Both the position numbers and the translations under genes were made by a program. DNA of 64,000 nt from Candidatus Omnitrophota bacterium (GTDB lineage Bacteria > Omnitrophota > Gorgyraeia > Zapsychrales > Fredricksoniimonadaceae): the NCBI GenBank assembly GCA_028865345.1, contig JAGWKL010000009.1:7382-71381 (forward strand), given 5' to 3'. Under the pieces are notes generated by a model. That model did not search any database. It was not told where the DNA came from and saw only the letters and a list, made by a program, of their open reading frames with translations. Positions 30,576-41,841 of the stretch are shown in pieces. Each line of letters begins with the position of its first letter. Positions within the stretch are counted from its first letter, which is position 1.

Positions 30576-32153
30576 TCAATGCGCCGGTGTCAATACAGGC
30601 ACTTCCGTGGCCGGACGCACACGGACGGTGCGGTTTAAAAATTTAGTGGCCGGGGCATGTCCCGCACGTTCGCCTTTAAGGGTCCTTAACATCTTTTGGG
30701 TAAAATAATGCACAAAGGCGCCAAAGCCGTAAACCTTTCTTAATAAATCACCCACAGAGCGGATGGCAATGAACATGTTCCATATCTGTCTGGGCCTTAA
30801 ATAAAATTCTTTAAGGCCGATGTCAATATGCTCATCGATATCTTTGTGGGAAAATTGGGGGTAGGAAAGCAGGGTGCGCTGCTCGCCGTTTTTCGTCAGC
30901 CAGTCTTGCCAATCCCTGCCCAAAAGATAATTGTTTTCCTTGGCCCATTTATATAACGATGTGCCGGGATAAGAGGAAACGCCGGTGATCTGGATCGTGT
31001 CCAGAGGCATGGATTTGGCGAAATCGATGGTCTTGCGGGCGGATTCCCTGGTCTCGCCGGGAGCGCCGATCATAAAACAGCCGTGTATGGTAAAGCCCAG
31101 GTTGTGCGCCTGTCTGGAATACTCGCGGGCCATGTCAACGGACACGCCGCCTTTACGGATGACCCGCAAATTTTCATCGGTGCCGAATTCGAAGCCTGTC
31201 ATCAGCATGCGGCAGCCGGCCTTGCGCATCAAGGGCAGGAGGCCCAAGTCCGTATTGACGCGCATATTGCACGACCAGCTGATGCGTTTGTTGATCCCTT
31301 TTTCGATGATCAAATTGCAGACATCCACGACATGCTGCTTGTCCGCCGCAAAGGTGTCTGTTTCAAACATGATCTCACGGACCTGCGGATGGAGCTTGAG
31401 GTCATGTTCCATTTCAGCGACAACCAACTCTGCCCGCCGGCTGCGCAGTTTATAGCCGTACATCAGCTGCGGATCGCGGCAAAACGTGCAGGCATTGTTG
31501 CAGCCGCGTCCGGTGATCAATGTTAAAAAAGGAAATTTCTTGCCGGCATCCGGATACCATTCCGGCTTGATCAATTGCCAGGCAGGGAAGGGCAATTCAT
31601 TGACATCGATATCAGGCCGCGGCATATTCCTGATGACCCTGCCGTCTTTTAACCAGCAAAGCCCTGAATTTTTGTCGTCGGCAATACCGTCGGCCAAATC
31701 GCGCAGCGTATAATCATATTCGCGGGGCAGGATATAATCCACCACCCCGCGGCCGATTTCAAAAGTATTTTCAACTTCGGCCGTGGCATGCTGGCCGACG
31801 AAGGCGACCCGGCATTTGGTCCTGGCCTTAATGATTGCGGCCTGTTCAATATCGGAATAAATAGAGGGGGTCGTTACGTGCATGACCAGAAGCCCGGGCG
31901 TAAGGCTCACCGTCGATTCAATGGACTCTTCGGCGGAAAAATTACGCGCGGCGGCTTCGATAAAATGGGTGTCGTGGCCGGCATCGATCAGGATCTGGGC
32001 GGCGGTCAGCAGATACTCGGGATGGCGCTGGACCCGGCCGCGGGACTTGGCCGCCCAACGGGCCACACGTACAAAATTATCTCCAAAGGAGGGATTAAGT
32101 ATTACGACCTTCATAGGCATAAATATATTACATCCTTCAATTTTGAGTGGCAA
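30576..32153 (-). CDS. B12-binding domain radical SAM protein (class B)
   Basis: It has an N-terminal cobalamin-binding-like Rossmann region (VVILNP...), the radical SAM motif CNNACTFC (Cx3Cx2C), and a C-terminal extension. Alternative starts lie at MPM, 33-39 nt inside the ORF. Confidence 0.8.
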   Translation of the reverse strand: MPLKIEGCNIFMPMKVVILNPSFGDNFVRVARWAAKSRGRVQRHPEYLLTAAQILIDAGHDTHFIEAAARNFSAEESIESTVSLTPGLLVMHVTTPSIYSDIEQAAIIKARTKCRVAFVGQHATAEVENTFEIGRGVVDYILPREYDYTLRDLADGIADDKNSGLCWLKDGRVIRNMPRPDIDVNELPFPAWQLIKPEWYPDAGKKFPFLTLITGRGCNNACTFCRDPQLMYGYKLRSRRAELVVAEMEHDLKLHPQVREIMFETDTFAADKQHVVDVCNLIIEKGINKRISWSCNMRVNTDLGLLPLMRKAGCRMLMTGFEFGTDENLRVIRKGGVSVDMAREYSRQAHNLGFTIHGCFMIGAPGETRESARKTIDFAKSMPLDTIQITGVSSYPGTSLYKWAKENNYLLGRDWQDWLTKNGEQRTLLSYPQFSHKDIDEHIDIGLKEFYLRPRQIWNMFIAIRSVGDLLRKVYGFGAFVHYFTQKMLRTLKGERAGHAPATKFLNRTVRVRPATEVPVLTPAH

Positions 32154-32247
32154 TCATTATTTCAAATTTTATCCCCGATTCCGGGGACAGATTTTCTTGC
32201 ATTTAAGGCTTTTTGAAAAGTTCGATTATGTGCTATAATTTCTCACC

Positions 32248-32679
32248 ATGAAATTATTTATCAGCTTGGTATTTTTGGTTTTAATGTTCAGTTCATGCCA
32301 GCAGCCGCCTTCCTATAAGGAGTTTCCCTGGAAGCCTTACAGCCAAAAGGCCGTGGAAGAGTCGATCGCACACAAAAAGCCGGTGGTGATCGATTTTTGG
32401 GCTTCCTGGTGCCCCAATTGCCGGGACATGGACAGGGCCGTCTTCTCCAGGCCGGATATACAGGCCAAGCTTTCCCAAGTGACCACTTTAAGGATGGATG
32501 TGACCAACCAGGACGATCCCCGGGTCCAAAGGATAGCGGACCAATTCGGCATCGAAGGCGTCCCAACGGTCGTCTTTCTAAACAGCCATGGGAAAGAAAT
32601 AGAGAACGCCCGTGTCATAGGTTTCGTCACACCGGCGGAATTCATGCAGGCATTGGCCTTGCTGAACATATTCAAATGA
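32248..32679 (+). CDS. Thioredoxin-fold lipoprotein (TlpA/DsbE-like)
   Basis: It has a lipobox MFSSC and a WCPNC active site. Confidence 0.75.
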   Translation: MKLFISLVFLVLMFSSCQQPPSYKEFPWKPYSQKAVEESIAHKKPVVIDFWASWCPNCRDMDRAVFSRPDIQAKLSQVTTLRMDVTNQDDPRVQRIADQFGIEGVPTVVFLNSHGKEIENARVIGFVTPAEFMQALALLNIFK

Positions 32680-33194
32680 CAAGATCCTTTGGGCTGTTTC
32701 TATGCCTGACAATGATTTTTAACGGAGGCCCGTGTATGGCCCTATCAAGCCAGGATACCATCGAAGTCTATGATGCTTCAACCCATTCCATCATCAAGAC
32801 CCAAAAAGTTTTCAAAAGCGAGGATGAATGGAGAAAAATATTAACCCCTTTACAATTTGATGTGATGCGCCGGCAAGGCACAGAGGCGCCTTTCAGCGGA
32901 GAATATGTCCATAACCACCGCAAAGGGATATATAAATGCGCCGCCTGCGGCCTGGATTTGTTTTCCTCGGATGATAAATTTGATTCCGGGACCGGCTGGC
33001 CCAGTTTCACCAGGCCCATCAATAAGCTTAATATCGCTTACGTCAAAGATGACAGCCTTGGCATGATGCGCATCGAAGTACGCTGTCCGCGTTGCGGCGC
33101 CCACCTGGGCCATGTGTTCGACGACGGGCCTCCTCCGACGGGAAAACGTTATTGCATCAATTCCGCGGCGCTCAAATTCGTAGAACAAAAATGA
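32676..33194 (+). CDS. msrB: Peptide methionine sulfoxide reductase MsrB (exported)
   Basis: A signal peptide is followed by the SelR motifs CAACG...[13 protein letters not shown]. The ATGA overlaps the trx stop. The track's 265-aa N-terminal extension is an artefact. Confidence 0.85.
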   Translation: MTRSFGLFLCLTMIFNGGPCMALSSQDTIEVYDASTHSIIKTQKVFKSEDEWRKILTPLQFDVMRRQGTEAPFSGEYVHNHRKGIYKCAACGLDLFSSDDKFDSGTGWPSFTRPINKLNIAYVKDDSLGMMRIEVRCPRCGAHLGHVFDDGPPPTGKRYCINSAALKFVEQK

Positions 33195-33805
33195 ACAACA
33201 AGATCTTCCTGCTGACCGTTCTTTTTTCGTTTTTGTATTTAGTCCAAACCAAGGGAGCCGATATGCCTTCCGACACTCATTTGGAAACCGCGACCTTTGC
33301 CGGCGGATGTTTCTGGTGCATGCAGCCGTTCTTTGACCACACCAAGGGGGTCGTCAAAACAACCGTTGGTTATACGGGCGGCCATGTGGCCAACCCCACT
33401 TACGAAGAAGTTTCATCCGGCACCACGGGCGATGTGGAGGCCATCCAGATAAAATACGATCCCAAAACCGTTTCTTACGAAAAATTATTGGACCTTTACT
33501 GGCATAACATCGATCCCACCCAGGCCGACGGCCAGTTCGTGGACGAAGGCACGCAATACCGGACCGTCATCTTTTATCATAATGAAGAACAGAAACGCAT
33601 CGCCGAGAAATCCAAGCAGGCCCTGGCTGCATCCGGGCGTTTCGATAAACCTATCGTGACAGCCATTACACCTGCCACGGCCTTCTATCCGGCGGAGGAC
33701 TACCATCAAAAATATTATTTGAAAAGCCCCTTCCAATACAATATGTACCATGATAATTCCGGCCGCGAAGAGTTTGAAAAGAAAGTATGGGGGAACGCCC
33801 ATTAA
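33191..33805 (+). CDS. msrA: Peptide methionine sulfoxide reductase MsrA (exported)
   Basis: A signal peptide is followed by a GCFWC active site. The ATGA overlaps the msrB stop. Confidence 0.85.
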   Translation: MNNKIFLLTVLFSFLYLVQTKGADMPSDTHLETATFAGGCFWCMQPFFDHTKGVVKTTVGYTGGHVANPTYEEVSSGTTGDVEAIQIKYDPKTVSYEKLLDLYWHNIDPTQADGQFVDEGTQYRTVIFYHNEEQKRIAEKSKQALAASGRFDKPIVTAITPATAFYPAEDYHQKYYLKSPFQYNMYHDNSGREEFEKKVWGNAH

Positions 33806-34498
33806 ATGTCCAAGCTGTTTTTAGTCCCCAATACGATCAGTGAAGAACGCTACGATTTGCTCCCGGAATATATAGCCCCTGAGATCAGGGGAGTGCGGGT
33901 TTTTTTCGTGGAAGAACCAAAATCCGGCCGCAAGCTTCTTAAGAATCTTGACCCTGCATTCCCTCTAAGGGATTGCCGTTTTCTGGGCCTCAATGAACAT
34001 ACTTCTTCTCATGATATACACAGTTTTATCGATATTTTGAAAAAGCAGGACGGGGCGGTCATCTCGGAATCCGGCTGCCCCTGCGTGGCTGACCCGGGAA
34101 GCGAGCTGGTGGCGCTGGCCCATCAAAACCGGATCGAAGTCATCCCCCTCATCGGCCCTTCATCGATAATCCTTGCCCTCATGGCTTCCGGCTTAAACGG
34201 GCAAAATTTTGCTTTCAACGGTTATCTGCCCAAGGACCGGACGCAGCGGATACAAAAAATAAAACAGCTCCAAGAGCGTTCATCAAAGGAAAAGCAGGCC
34301 CAGATTTTCATGGAGGCACCGTTTCACAATCAAAGCCTTCTTGAAGATATCCTGGCTTCCTGCCGGGACAACACCCGCCTATGCATTGCCTGCGACATTG
34401 CCGGTCCTCATCAAAGCATTAAAACCATGAGCATTGAGGCATGGAAAAAGAGCACGGTAGAACTGGATAAAAAACCCGTATTATTCCTTCTCCAATAG
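33806..34498 (+). CDS. SAM-dependent methyltransferase of the tetrapyrrole-methylase superfamily (RsmI/YraL-like)
   Basis: LFLVPNTI...ESGCPCVADPGSELV resembles the RsmI-like family. Confidence 0.65.
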   Translation: MSKLFLVPNTISEERYDLLPEYIAPEIRGVRVFFVEEPKSGRKLLKNLDPAFPLRDCRFLGLNEHTSSHDIHSFIDILKKQDGAVISESGCPCVADPGSELVALAHQNRIEVIPLIGPSSIILALMASGLNGQNFAFNGYLPKDRTQRIQKIKQLQERSSKEKQAQIFMEAPFHNQSLLEDILASCRDNTRLCIACDIAGPHQSIKTMSIEAWKKSTVELDKKPVLFLLQ

Positions 34499-34583
34499 CT
34501 TATTGAATTATTTCAGATTAAAGCCTTCGCTATTGACGCGGGTCATATATTATTTATAATAAAAAAGTTAAACCCCTTTTTAT

Positions 34584-37298
34584 TTGAGAAGCGCCATGGA
34601 TCCATTCGACAAAAAATCCGTCGTAAAGAAATTAAAAACCGCTTCATCGTCATTTACCATCTATTCCCTGCCTCAATTTGCAAAGGCGCGGGGTCTTGAT
34701 ATTTCCCGGCTTCCGTTTTCCATCCGCGTCCTTTTGGAAAGCGCCCTGCGTAATTTTGACGATTACCAGGTCACGGAAAAAGATATCAACACGATCGCCT
34801 CCTGGAAACCCAACTCAAAAAAAGAAGAGATCGCCTTTAAGCCCGGCCGCGTGATCCTCCAGGATTTTACCGGCGTTCCCTGTGTGGTCGATCTGGCCGC
34901 CATGCGCGATGCCATGAAAGATCTCGGAGGAGACATCAAGAAAATTAACCCGCAGGTCCCCTGTGATCTTGTCATCGACCATTCCGTACAGGTGGACGCC
35001 TTCGGTACCGCAAAAGCTTTCGCCCAAAACGTGGCGCTGGAATTCCAACGCAACAAAGAACGTTATGAATTCCTCAAATGGGGGCAGTGTGCCCTGCAGA
35101 ATTTCCGCGTGGTGCCGCCCGCCACGGGCATTGTGCACCAGGTCAACCTCGAATATCTGGCCAAGGGTGTTTTAATAAAGAAAACCGGCCACGACATCCT
35201 GGCTTTCCCTGACAGCCTTGTGGGCACGGATTCCCACACCACCATGATCAACGGCCTGGGTGTCGTGGGCTGGGGAGTCGGCGGGATCGAGGCTGAATCC
35301 GTGATGTTGGGCGAGCCTATTTATATGCTGCTGCCGGAAGTTGTGGGTTTTCGCATCAAAGGCAAATTAAAAGAGGGAGTCACGGCAACCGACCTGGTTT
35401 TGACCGTCACCCAAGCCCTGCGCAAAAAAGGGGTGGTGGAGAAATTCGTGGAGTTTTTCGGCCCCGGCTTGCAGTATCTCTCCCTGCCGGACAGGGCCAC
35501 CATCGCCAACATGTCGCCGGAATATGGGGCCACCATCGGCCTGTTTCCTGTAGATGATGAAACGCTTAACTATTTGAAATTATCCGGCCGAAGCCGCCTC
35601 GAGGTGGCCCTGGTGGAAAAATATTATAAAACCCAGGGCTTGTTCTACACTTCACAAACAGCCGAATGCGTTTATTCCGATGTTCTGGAATTGGACCTTT
35701 CCACCGTCGAGCCATGTCTCGCGGGTCCCAAGCGCCCACAGGACAAGGTGGCCCTAAAAGATTTGAAATCAAACTTTTTGCAATCCTTGACCGCCGATGT
35801 GGCAAACCGGGGGTTCGGCGTTAAACCGGATGATGTGGGCAAAACAGCCCGCCTCTCCAACGGCCAAACGGAGACCTTGGGCCACGGGGCCGTGGTGATC
35901 GCCGCCATCACCAGCTGCACCAACACTTCCAACCCGTCGGTGTTGATCGGGGCGGGGCTTTTGGCCAAGAAGGCCGTTGAAAAAGGTCTTACCCCCGCAC
36001 ATTATGTCAAGACCTCTTTTGCGCCCGGCTCCCAGGTGGTGGAAGATTATCTGAAAACAGCCGGTTTGTTGAAATACCTGGAAAAAATCCGCTTTAACAT
36101 TGTCGGCTATGGCTGCACCACCTGCATCGGCAATTCCGGCCCCTTGCCGCAGCCCGTGGCCGATGCCATCAACCAGAACAATCTGGTTGCCGCCGCGGTG
36201 CTTTCCGGAAACCGCAATTTTGAAGGCCGCGTCAACCCCTACACCAAGGCCAATTTCCTGGCATCACCGCCGCTGGTCGTGGCTTATGCATTGGCCGGGC
36301 GCGTGGACATCGATTTGAATAACGAGCCCTTAGGCCGGGACAAAAAGGGCAATCCCGTATACCTAAAAGACATCTGGCCCACCCAAAAAGAAATAGCGCA
36401 GGCGGCGCACCGATTCGTCAAAGCCTCGATCTTCCGCCGTCGTTATAAAAACGTGGACCGCGGCAATAAAAACTGGAATGCCATTAAAACCGTTAAATCC
36501 GACCTGTTCCAATGGGATGATAAAAGCACCTATATTCAAAGCCCTCCTTATTTTGCAGGCATGAAGCTTGAGACCTCCCCCATCAAGGGCATTCGACAAG
36601 CCCGGTGCCTGGTCATGGTGGCTGATTCGATTACGACGGACCACATTTCCCCCGCAGGGGCCATTGCCAAGGATTCACCGGCGGGGAGATTCCTCATCGA
36701 GCAGGGTGTGGCCCCAAAAGATTTCAACAGCTACGGCGCCAGGCGGGGCAATGACAGGGTCATGACCAGGGGGACTTTTGCCAATATCCGTTTGCGCAAT
36801 TTAACGGCCGTTGGTTCCGAAGGCCCATGGACGACCTATTGGCCCACAAAAGAGAAAATGTTCATATATGATGCGGCCATGAAATACAAAGAAAGTCTCG
36901 TCCCATTGATCGTTCTTGCCGGCAAAGAATACGGCACGGGTTCTTCCCGCGACTGGGCCGCCAAAGGCACCACCTTGCTTGGGCTGCGCGCGGTCATTGC
37001 GGAAAGTTTCGAGAGGATCCACCGCAGCAACCTGTGCGGCATGGGCGTTCTACCCTGCCAGTTTATGGCAGGGGAAAGCCATGTCTCCCTCGGCTTAAAA
37101 GGGGATGAGACCTTTGATTTTATAGACCTGGACGACAGTCTCCAACCCCGCCGGGAACTGACCATTGAGGCAACATCGAGCGACGGCAATAAAAAGCATT
37201 TTAAGGTCATCGCCCGGGTTGACACGCCGGTGGAGGTGGATTATCTGCGCAACGGAGGGATTCTGCAAACGGTCATAAGGAAACTGGCGAAGCCATAA
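34584..37298 (+). CDS. acnA: Aconitate hydratase A
   Basis: It is about 900 aa with the Fe-S ligand region SCTNTSNP...CTTCIGNSG and a C-terminal swivel domain. An alternative start lies at the ATG 12 nt in. Confidence 0.9.
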   Translation: MRSAMDPFDKKSVVKKLKTASSSFTIYSLPQFAKARGLDISRLPFSIRVLLESALRNFDDYQVTEKDINTIASWKPNSKKEEIAFKPGRVILQDFTGVPCVVDLAAMRDAMKDLGGDIKKINPQVPCDLVIDHSVQVDAFGTAKAFAQNVALEFQRNKERYEFLKWGQCALQNFRVVPPATGIVHQVNLEYLAKGVLIKKTGHDILAFPDSLVGTDSHTTMINGLGVVGWGVGGIEAESVMLGEPIYMLLPEVVGFRIKGKLKEGVTATDLVLTVTQALRKKGVVEKFVEFFGPGLQYLSLPDRATIANMSPEYGATIGLFPVDDETLNYLKLSGRSRLEVALVEKYYKTQGLFYTSQTAECVYSDVLELDLSTVEPCLAGPKRPQDKVALKDLKSNFLQSLTADVANRGFGVKPDDVGKTARLSNGQTETLGHGAVVIAAITSCTNTSNPSVLIGAGLLAKKAVEKGLTPAHYVKTSFAPGSQVVEDYLKTAGLLKYLEKIRFNIVGYGCTTCIGNSGPLPQPVADAINQNNLVAAAVLSGNRNFEGRVNPYTKANFLASPPLVVAYALAGRVDIDLNNEPLGRDKKGNPVYLKDIWPTQKEIAQAAHRFVKASIFRRRYKNVDRGNKNWNAIKTVKSDLFQWDDKSTYIQSPPYFAGMKLETSPIKGIRQARCLVMVADSITTDHISPAGAIAKDSPAGRFLIEQGVAPKDFNSYGARRGNDRVMTRGTFANIRLRNLTAVGSEGPWTTYWPTKEKMFIYDAAMKYKESLVPLIVLAGKEYGTGSSRDWAAKGTTLLGLRAVIAESFERIHRSNLCGMGVLPCQFMAGESHVSLGLKGDETFDFIDLDDSLQPRRELTIEATSSDGNKKHFKVIARVDTPVEVDYLRNGGILQTVIRKLAKP

Positions 37299-37301
37299 TT
37301 C

Positions 37302-38048
37302 ATGCGTATTTTACTGACCAACGACGATGGGATCTATGCCGAAGGCATTTACGCCGCTTATAAGGCCTTAAGTAAAATTGCCGAGGTCACGGTCGTGGCC
37401 CCGGATTACGAGCAGAGTTCGGTCGGGCACGGCATCACTCTTTTTTACCCTCTCTTTGCCAAGAGAATCTCCCCGGAAAACCATTTCGATGGCTATGCCG
37501 TCAGCGGCAAACCCGCTGACTGCGTCAAATTCGCCGTCAGCGTGCTGTTCAAAGGCAAAAAGCCCGACCTGGTCGTCTCCGGCATCAATTTGGGAGGCAA
37601 TGACGGTTGCAGCGTATTTTATTCGGGAACGGTCGCCGCCGCCCGCGAAGGGGCGCTGATGGGCCTTAAGGCATTTTCCATTTCCCTGGATTGTTTTGAC
37701 GATCCGGATTTTGCCCAGGCCGCTAAATTCACATCCAGGTTTGCTTTGTGGGTCCACAAAAATCATCTGCCTTCCGGCACCTTCCTCAACGTGAATGTCC
37801 CCCTTGGGAAACCCAAAGGCGTGCTGTTCACCCGCCAGGGAACGGAACCTATCCATGAAATCTTCGAAAAACGCAAAAGCCCGCATGATAAACATTATTA
37901 CTGGATGGGCGCCAAAATGCCCGTCCATAAAAATGATAATAAGATAGACACCTATGCGTTGAAAAATAAATACATCACCATAACCCCGGTCCGTTCGGAC
38001 TTGACCGATGAAGGTTTTTTGAGCAACGTGCTCATGGAAAAAATATGA
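37302..38048 (+). CDS. surE: 5'/3'-nucleotidase SurE
   Basis: MRILLTNDDGI is the SurE signature. Confidence 0.9.
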   Translation: MRILLTNDDGIYAEGIYAAYKALSKIAEVTVVAPDYEQSSVGHGITLFYPLFAKRISPENHFDGYAVSGKPADCVKFAVSVLFKGKKPDLVVSGINLGGNDGCSVFYSGTVAAAREGALMGLKAFSISLDCFDDPDFAQAAKFTSRFALWVHKNHLPSGTFLNVNVPLGKPKGVLFTRQGTEPIHEIFEKRKSPHDKHYYWMGAKMPVHKNDNKIDTYALKNKYITITPVRSDLTDEGFLSNVLMEKI

Positions 38049-39094
38049 TCCCTGACGAAAGAATCTTTGCAGCCCGGATCCTGGCCGTAGACGACAACAT
38101 CCTTAACCTCCAGATCCTCAAAAAAATACTTGATCAGGCGGGCTTTATCCACATTACGACCACCACCGATCCTACAAAGGCCGTTGACCTTTACAAAGAG
38201 ATCCGGCCTGACCTGGTTCTCCTTGATTTGAACATGCCCAAGATGGACGGTTTCGCTGTCATGGCCCAATTGTCCATTCTCAATCCGGGGGACTATCTTC
38301 CCATATTGGTGTTGACGGCCGAAGAAGAGTCATTGCGTTTTAAGGCCCTGCAAAGCGGCGCCAAAGATTTTCTGCACAAGCCTTACGAACGGCTCGATGT
38401 GCTCCTCAGGAGCCGTAACATCATAGAGGTAAGGCTTTTGTACAAACAGATCAAGGATGATAATGCCACCCTGGACCAAAAGGTCAACGAGCAGATCAAG
38501 GAGATCCGGGACACCCGTCTGGAAGTCATCCGGCGGCTGGCCGTGGCCGCAGAATTGAGGGACACGGGCACCGGGCAGCACATCTACCGCATGAGCCATT
38601 ATTCCAAAGCCTTGGCCCTGGCCTTCGGTTTTACGAAAGAGCAGGGGGAGCTGCTGTTTACGGCCTCACCTTTGCATGATATCGGCAAGATTGCCATTCC
38701 CGATTCCATTTTATTAAAACCCTCCAGGCTCGAACCCCATGAATTCGAGATCATCAAGACCCATACCATCCTGGGGGCCCAAATGCTGGCAGGCAGCAAT
38801 TCTGTTTTCCTGAAGATGGCCGAAACCATCGCCTTAAACCATCACGAAAAATGGGACGGTAGCGGATATCCTCAAGGTATACGGGGAGAAGAGATCCCCA
38901 TCACCGGCCGCATCTGCGCTGTTGCCGATGTTTTTGACGCTCTCAGCTCCGACAGGCCGTATAAAGGGGCTTGGACGATCGAAAAAACCATGGCCGAATT
39001 AAGAAAACAAAAAGGGACTCATTTTGACCCTAAATTGATCGACGCCTTTGAAAGCATCCAGAAGGAGATTAAAGCAGTTTATGATCAGAATTAA
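38045..39094 (+). CDS. Response regulator with HD-GYP phosphodiesterase domain (RpfG-like)
   Basis: A REC domain (LLDLNMPKMDG) is followed by HDIGK...HHEKWDGSGYPQG. Confidence 0.85.
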   Translation: MIPDERIFAARILAVDDNILNLQILKKILDQAGFIHITTTTDPTKAVDLYKEIRPDLVLLDLNMPKMDGFAVMAQLSILNPGDYLPILVLTAEEESLRFKALQSGAKDFLHKPYERLDVLLRSRNIIEVRLLYKQIKDDNATLDQKVNEQIKEIRDTRLEVIRRLAVAAELRDTGTGQHIYRMSHYSKALALAFGFTKEQGELLFTASPLHDIGKIAIPDSILLKPSRLEPHEFEIIKTHTILGAQMLAGSNSVFLKMAETIALNHHEKWDGSGYPQGIRGEEIPITGRICAVADVFDALSSDRPYKGAWTIEKTMAELRKQKGTHFDPKLIDAFESIQKEIKAVYDQN

Positions 39095-39143
39095 TCATGT
39101 TATAATGCCGCCTTGTTGATGAAATTTGGAAGGAGTGTCCTTT

Positions 39144-40433
39144 ATGGCAGACTTTGCAGAGCTCAAAATTGATGGGAAAAAAGTGGAATGTCCAGTTATC
39201 ATCGGGACCGAAGGTGAAAAAGCCTTTGATATCGGCAAACTGCGTTCCCAGTCCGGGTGCATCACCCTGGATCCCGGATTTGCCAATACAGGCTCCTGCG
39301 CCAGCGCCATCACCTTTCTCGATGGAGAAAAGGGGATCCTGCGCTACAGGGGCATTCCCATCGAGCAATTAGCCGAGAAATCCACCTTTGTGGAAACCTC
39401 CTATCTCCTGATCCACGGACGCCTGCCCAATCATGACGAACTGGACGCCTTCTCTGAAGCCTTCAATGAGCATTCCATGATCCATGAGGACATGATCAAT
39501 TTTTTCCATGCCTATCCGTCCACATCCCATCCCATGGCCATCCTCTCGGCCATGGTCTGCGCCATGTCCGCTTATTATCCTGAATTCGTCAAGGAAAGGC
39601 CGGCCCAGGAGGAGATCGACCGCATTGCCATACAGCTTTTGTCCAAAGTGCGCACCATTTGCGCGTTTTCCTATAAGAAATCCATAGGCGAACCCTTTGT
39701 TTATCCGCGCTATGATTTAAGTTATGTCCCCAATTTCCTGAACATGATGTTCTCTTCGCCGACCCATCCGTACAAGATCGTCGATGAGGTGGTGCGCGCC
39801 CTGCAGGTCCTCTTGATCTTGCACGCCGACCATGAGCAGAACTGCTCGACGTCCACCGTGCGCCTGGTGGGCTCTTCGCATGCCAATCTGTACGCTTCCA
39901 TCTCCGCGGGGATATGCGCCCTGTGGGGGCCTTTGCACGGGGGGGCCAATCAGGCGGTCATTGAGATGCTCGAGAAGATCCAAAAAGACGGCGGCAATGT
40001 TTCCAAGTACATCGCCATGGCCAAGGACAAAAATTCGAACTTCCGCCTCATGGGTTTCGGCCACCGCGTTTATAAGAACTTCGACCCGCGGGCCAAGATC
40101 ATCAAAAAGCGGGCCGATGATCTGCTCAATAAATTGGGCATCCATGACCCGTTGCTTGAGCTGGCCAAAAAGATGGAAGAGACGGCCCTCAAAGACGAAT
40201 ATTTTATCGAACGCAAACTTTATCCCAATGTCGACTTTTACAGCGGCATCATTTACCGCGCCATCGGCATACCTTTGAACATGTTCCCGGTGATGTTCGC
40301 CATCGGCCGCCTGCCGGGCTGGATCGCGCATTGGAAAGAAATGATCCAGGACCCCGCAACCAAGATCGGCAGGCCGTTACAAATCTATGTCGGCGAAACC
40401 AAAAAAGATTACACCCCCATAGAAAAACGATAG
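39144..40433 (+). CDS. gltA: Citrate synthase
   Basis: The type II citrate synthase motifs GFGHRVYK and HPMAIL are present. Confidence 0.9.
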   Translation: MADFAELKIDGKKVECPVIIGTEGEKAFDIGKLRSQSGCITLDPGFANTGSCASAITFLDGEKGILRYRGIPIEQLAEKSTFVETSYLLIHGRLPNHDELDAFSEAFNEHSMIHEDMINFFHAYPSTSHPMAILSAMVCAMSAYYPEFVKERPAQEEIDRIAIQLLSKVRTICAFSYKKSIGEPFVYPRYDLSYVPNFLNMMFSSPTHPYKIVDEVVRALQVLLILHADHEQNCSTSTVRLVGSSHANLYASISAGICALWGPLHGGANQAVIEMLEKIQKDGGNVSKYIAMAKDKNSNFRLMGFGHRVYKNFDPRAKIIKKRADDLLNKLGIHDPLLELAKKMEETALKDEYFIERKLYPNVDFYSGIIYRAIGIPLNMFPVMFAIGRLPGWIAHWKEMIQDPATKIGRPLQIYVGETKKDYTPIEKR

Positions 40434-40443
40434 GAGTCTCTGC

Positions 40444-41835
40444 GTGATATCATTCCGTCCCAAAACTGCATATGATAAAGATGCCGTCCTGGTGCTTTTG
40501 GGCTCAGGACAAACCCATCCGCGCTTTAAAAAAGACCTGGAAAAGGGGGAAGTTTATCCTGTGATAGAAAAAGGCAGGGTATTTTTATTTGCCGGCCTTG
40601 GGAACACCGATAAATTGTCTTTGACGGATTTGCGCATCCAGGTACGCAAAGCCCTTTTGTCAGGTTATCTTAAAAAAGCCAGAAGTGTTGAGATTGTCCC
40701 TCACAGCAAGAATGATACAGCCATCATTTCCATTATTGAGGGCGTTGCCATCGGCACCTATGTCTGGGATAAATATAAATCCAGGGACAAAGAAGATAAA
40801 ACGGTCAAGGATAAACACATTACCATCAATGCTGAACCCAAGAAAGCCTTCCTTGATGCGGTCAATATCTGCCAGGGGGTAAGCCTGACCCGCGATCTTG
40901 TCAATGACAACGCCGACACCATCACGTCGGACTATTTGGAGAAAACGGTGCGCGGACTTATTAAAGGCCATAAGCCCGCCCGCCTGGAAGTCTTAAACCG
41001 CAAAGAACTGAAAGCCCGGGGCCTCAATCTTATCCTGGCGGTCAACCAGGCGAGCAACAAGGAGCCCAAGCTCATCATTGTCCGCTATGACGGCGCCAAA
41101 AAGAACGAAGGCTACACCGCCATCATAGGTAAAGGCATGACCTTTGACACCGGCGGCCTGAATTTAAAGCCTACCGGAAGCATTGAAACGATGAAAATCG
41201 ACATGGCCGGGGCCGCTGCTGTTTGCGGCCTGTTAAGAAATGCGCTTGCCCTGAAGATAAAAAAGAACCTTCTTTTTGTCCTGGGCGTTGCTGAGAATTC
41301 CATCGGTTCCGCGGCGTATAAACCCGGCGATGTGCTCACAGGCTATGCCGGCAAATCTGTTGAGATCGGCAACACCGATGCCGAGGGCAGGCTGGTGCTG
41401 GCCGATGCTTTTGCCTATGTTGTCAAGAATTATAAGCCTTCTAAAATGATAGACCTGGCGACGCTGACAGGCGCTTGTGTGGTGGCCTTGGGATTCGATT
41501 ATTCCGGCTTGTTTTCCAACAGCGATGAGCTCGCCCGTGAATTGATGGAAGCCTCCAGGAAAACAGATGACAGGGCCTGGCACATGCCCCTTTATCCGGA
41601 AATCAAGGAATATATCAAGTCACCCATTGCGGATATAAAAAATACCAGCAATATCAAGGGCGCAGGGGCCTGTACGGCCGCAGAATTTTTGCACCAGTTC
41701 ACCGAAGGCACCACCTGGGCCCATCTGGACATCGCCGGCACTTCCTACGCGGACGGCCATGGCCGCATGTATTACGGCCACGGGGCCACCGGCGCAGGGG
41801 TGCGCTTGTTGACGCATTATCTATTGCACAATTAG
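40444..41835 (+). CDS. pepA: Leucyl aminopeptidase (M17)
   Basis: NTDAEGRLVLADA is the M17 signature. Confidence 0.85.
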   Translation: MISFRPKTAYDKDAVLVLLGSGQTHPRFKKDLEKGEVYPVIEKGRVFLFAGLGNTDKLSLTDLRIQVRKALLSGYLKKARSVEIVPHSKNDTAIISIIEGVAIGTYVWDKYKSRDKEDKTVKDKHITINAEPKKAFLDAVNICQGVSLTRDLVNDNADTITSDYLEKTVRGLIKGHKPARLEVLNRKELKARGLNLILAVNQASNKEPKLIIVRYDGAKKNEGYTAIIGKGMTFDTGGLNLKPTGSIETMKIDMAGAAAVCGLLRNALALKIKKNLLFVLGVAENSIGSAAYKPGDVLTGYAGKSVEIGNTDAEGRLVLADAFAYVVKNYKPSKMIDLATLTGACVVALGFDYSGLFSNSDELARELMEASRKTDDRAWHMPLYPEIKEYIKSPIADIKNTSNIKGAGACTAAEFLHQFTEGTTWAHLDIAGTSYADGHGRMYYGHGATGAGVRLLTHYLLHN

Positions 41836-41841
41836 GAAACT

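Noticed and set aside
32397-33194. 265-aa track ORF overlapping the trx gene in another frame
   Set aside because: The N-terminal 93 aa are Arg/Pro-rich nonsense antisense to or overlapping trx. A signal peptide and the MsrB motifs begin at the internal ATG at 32676, which is coupled to the trx stop.
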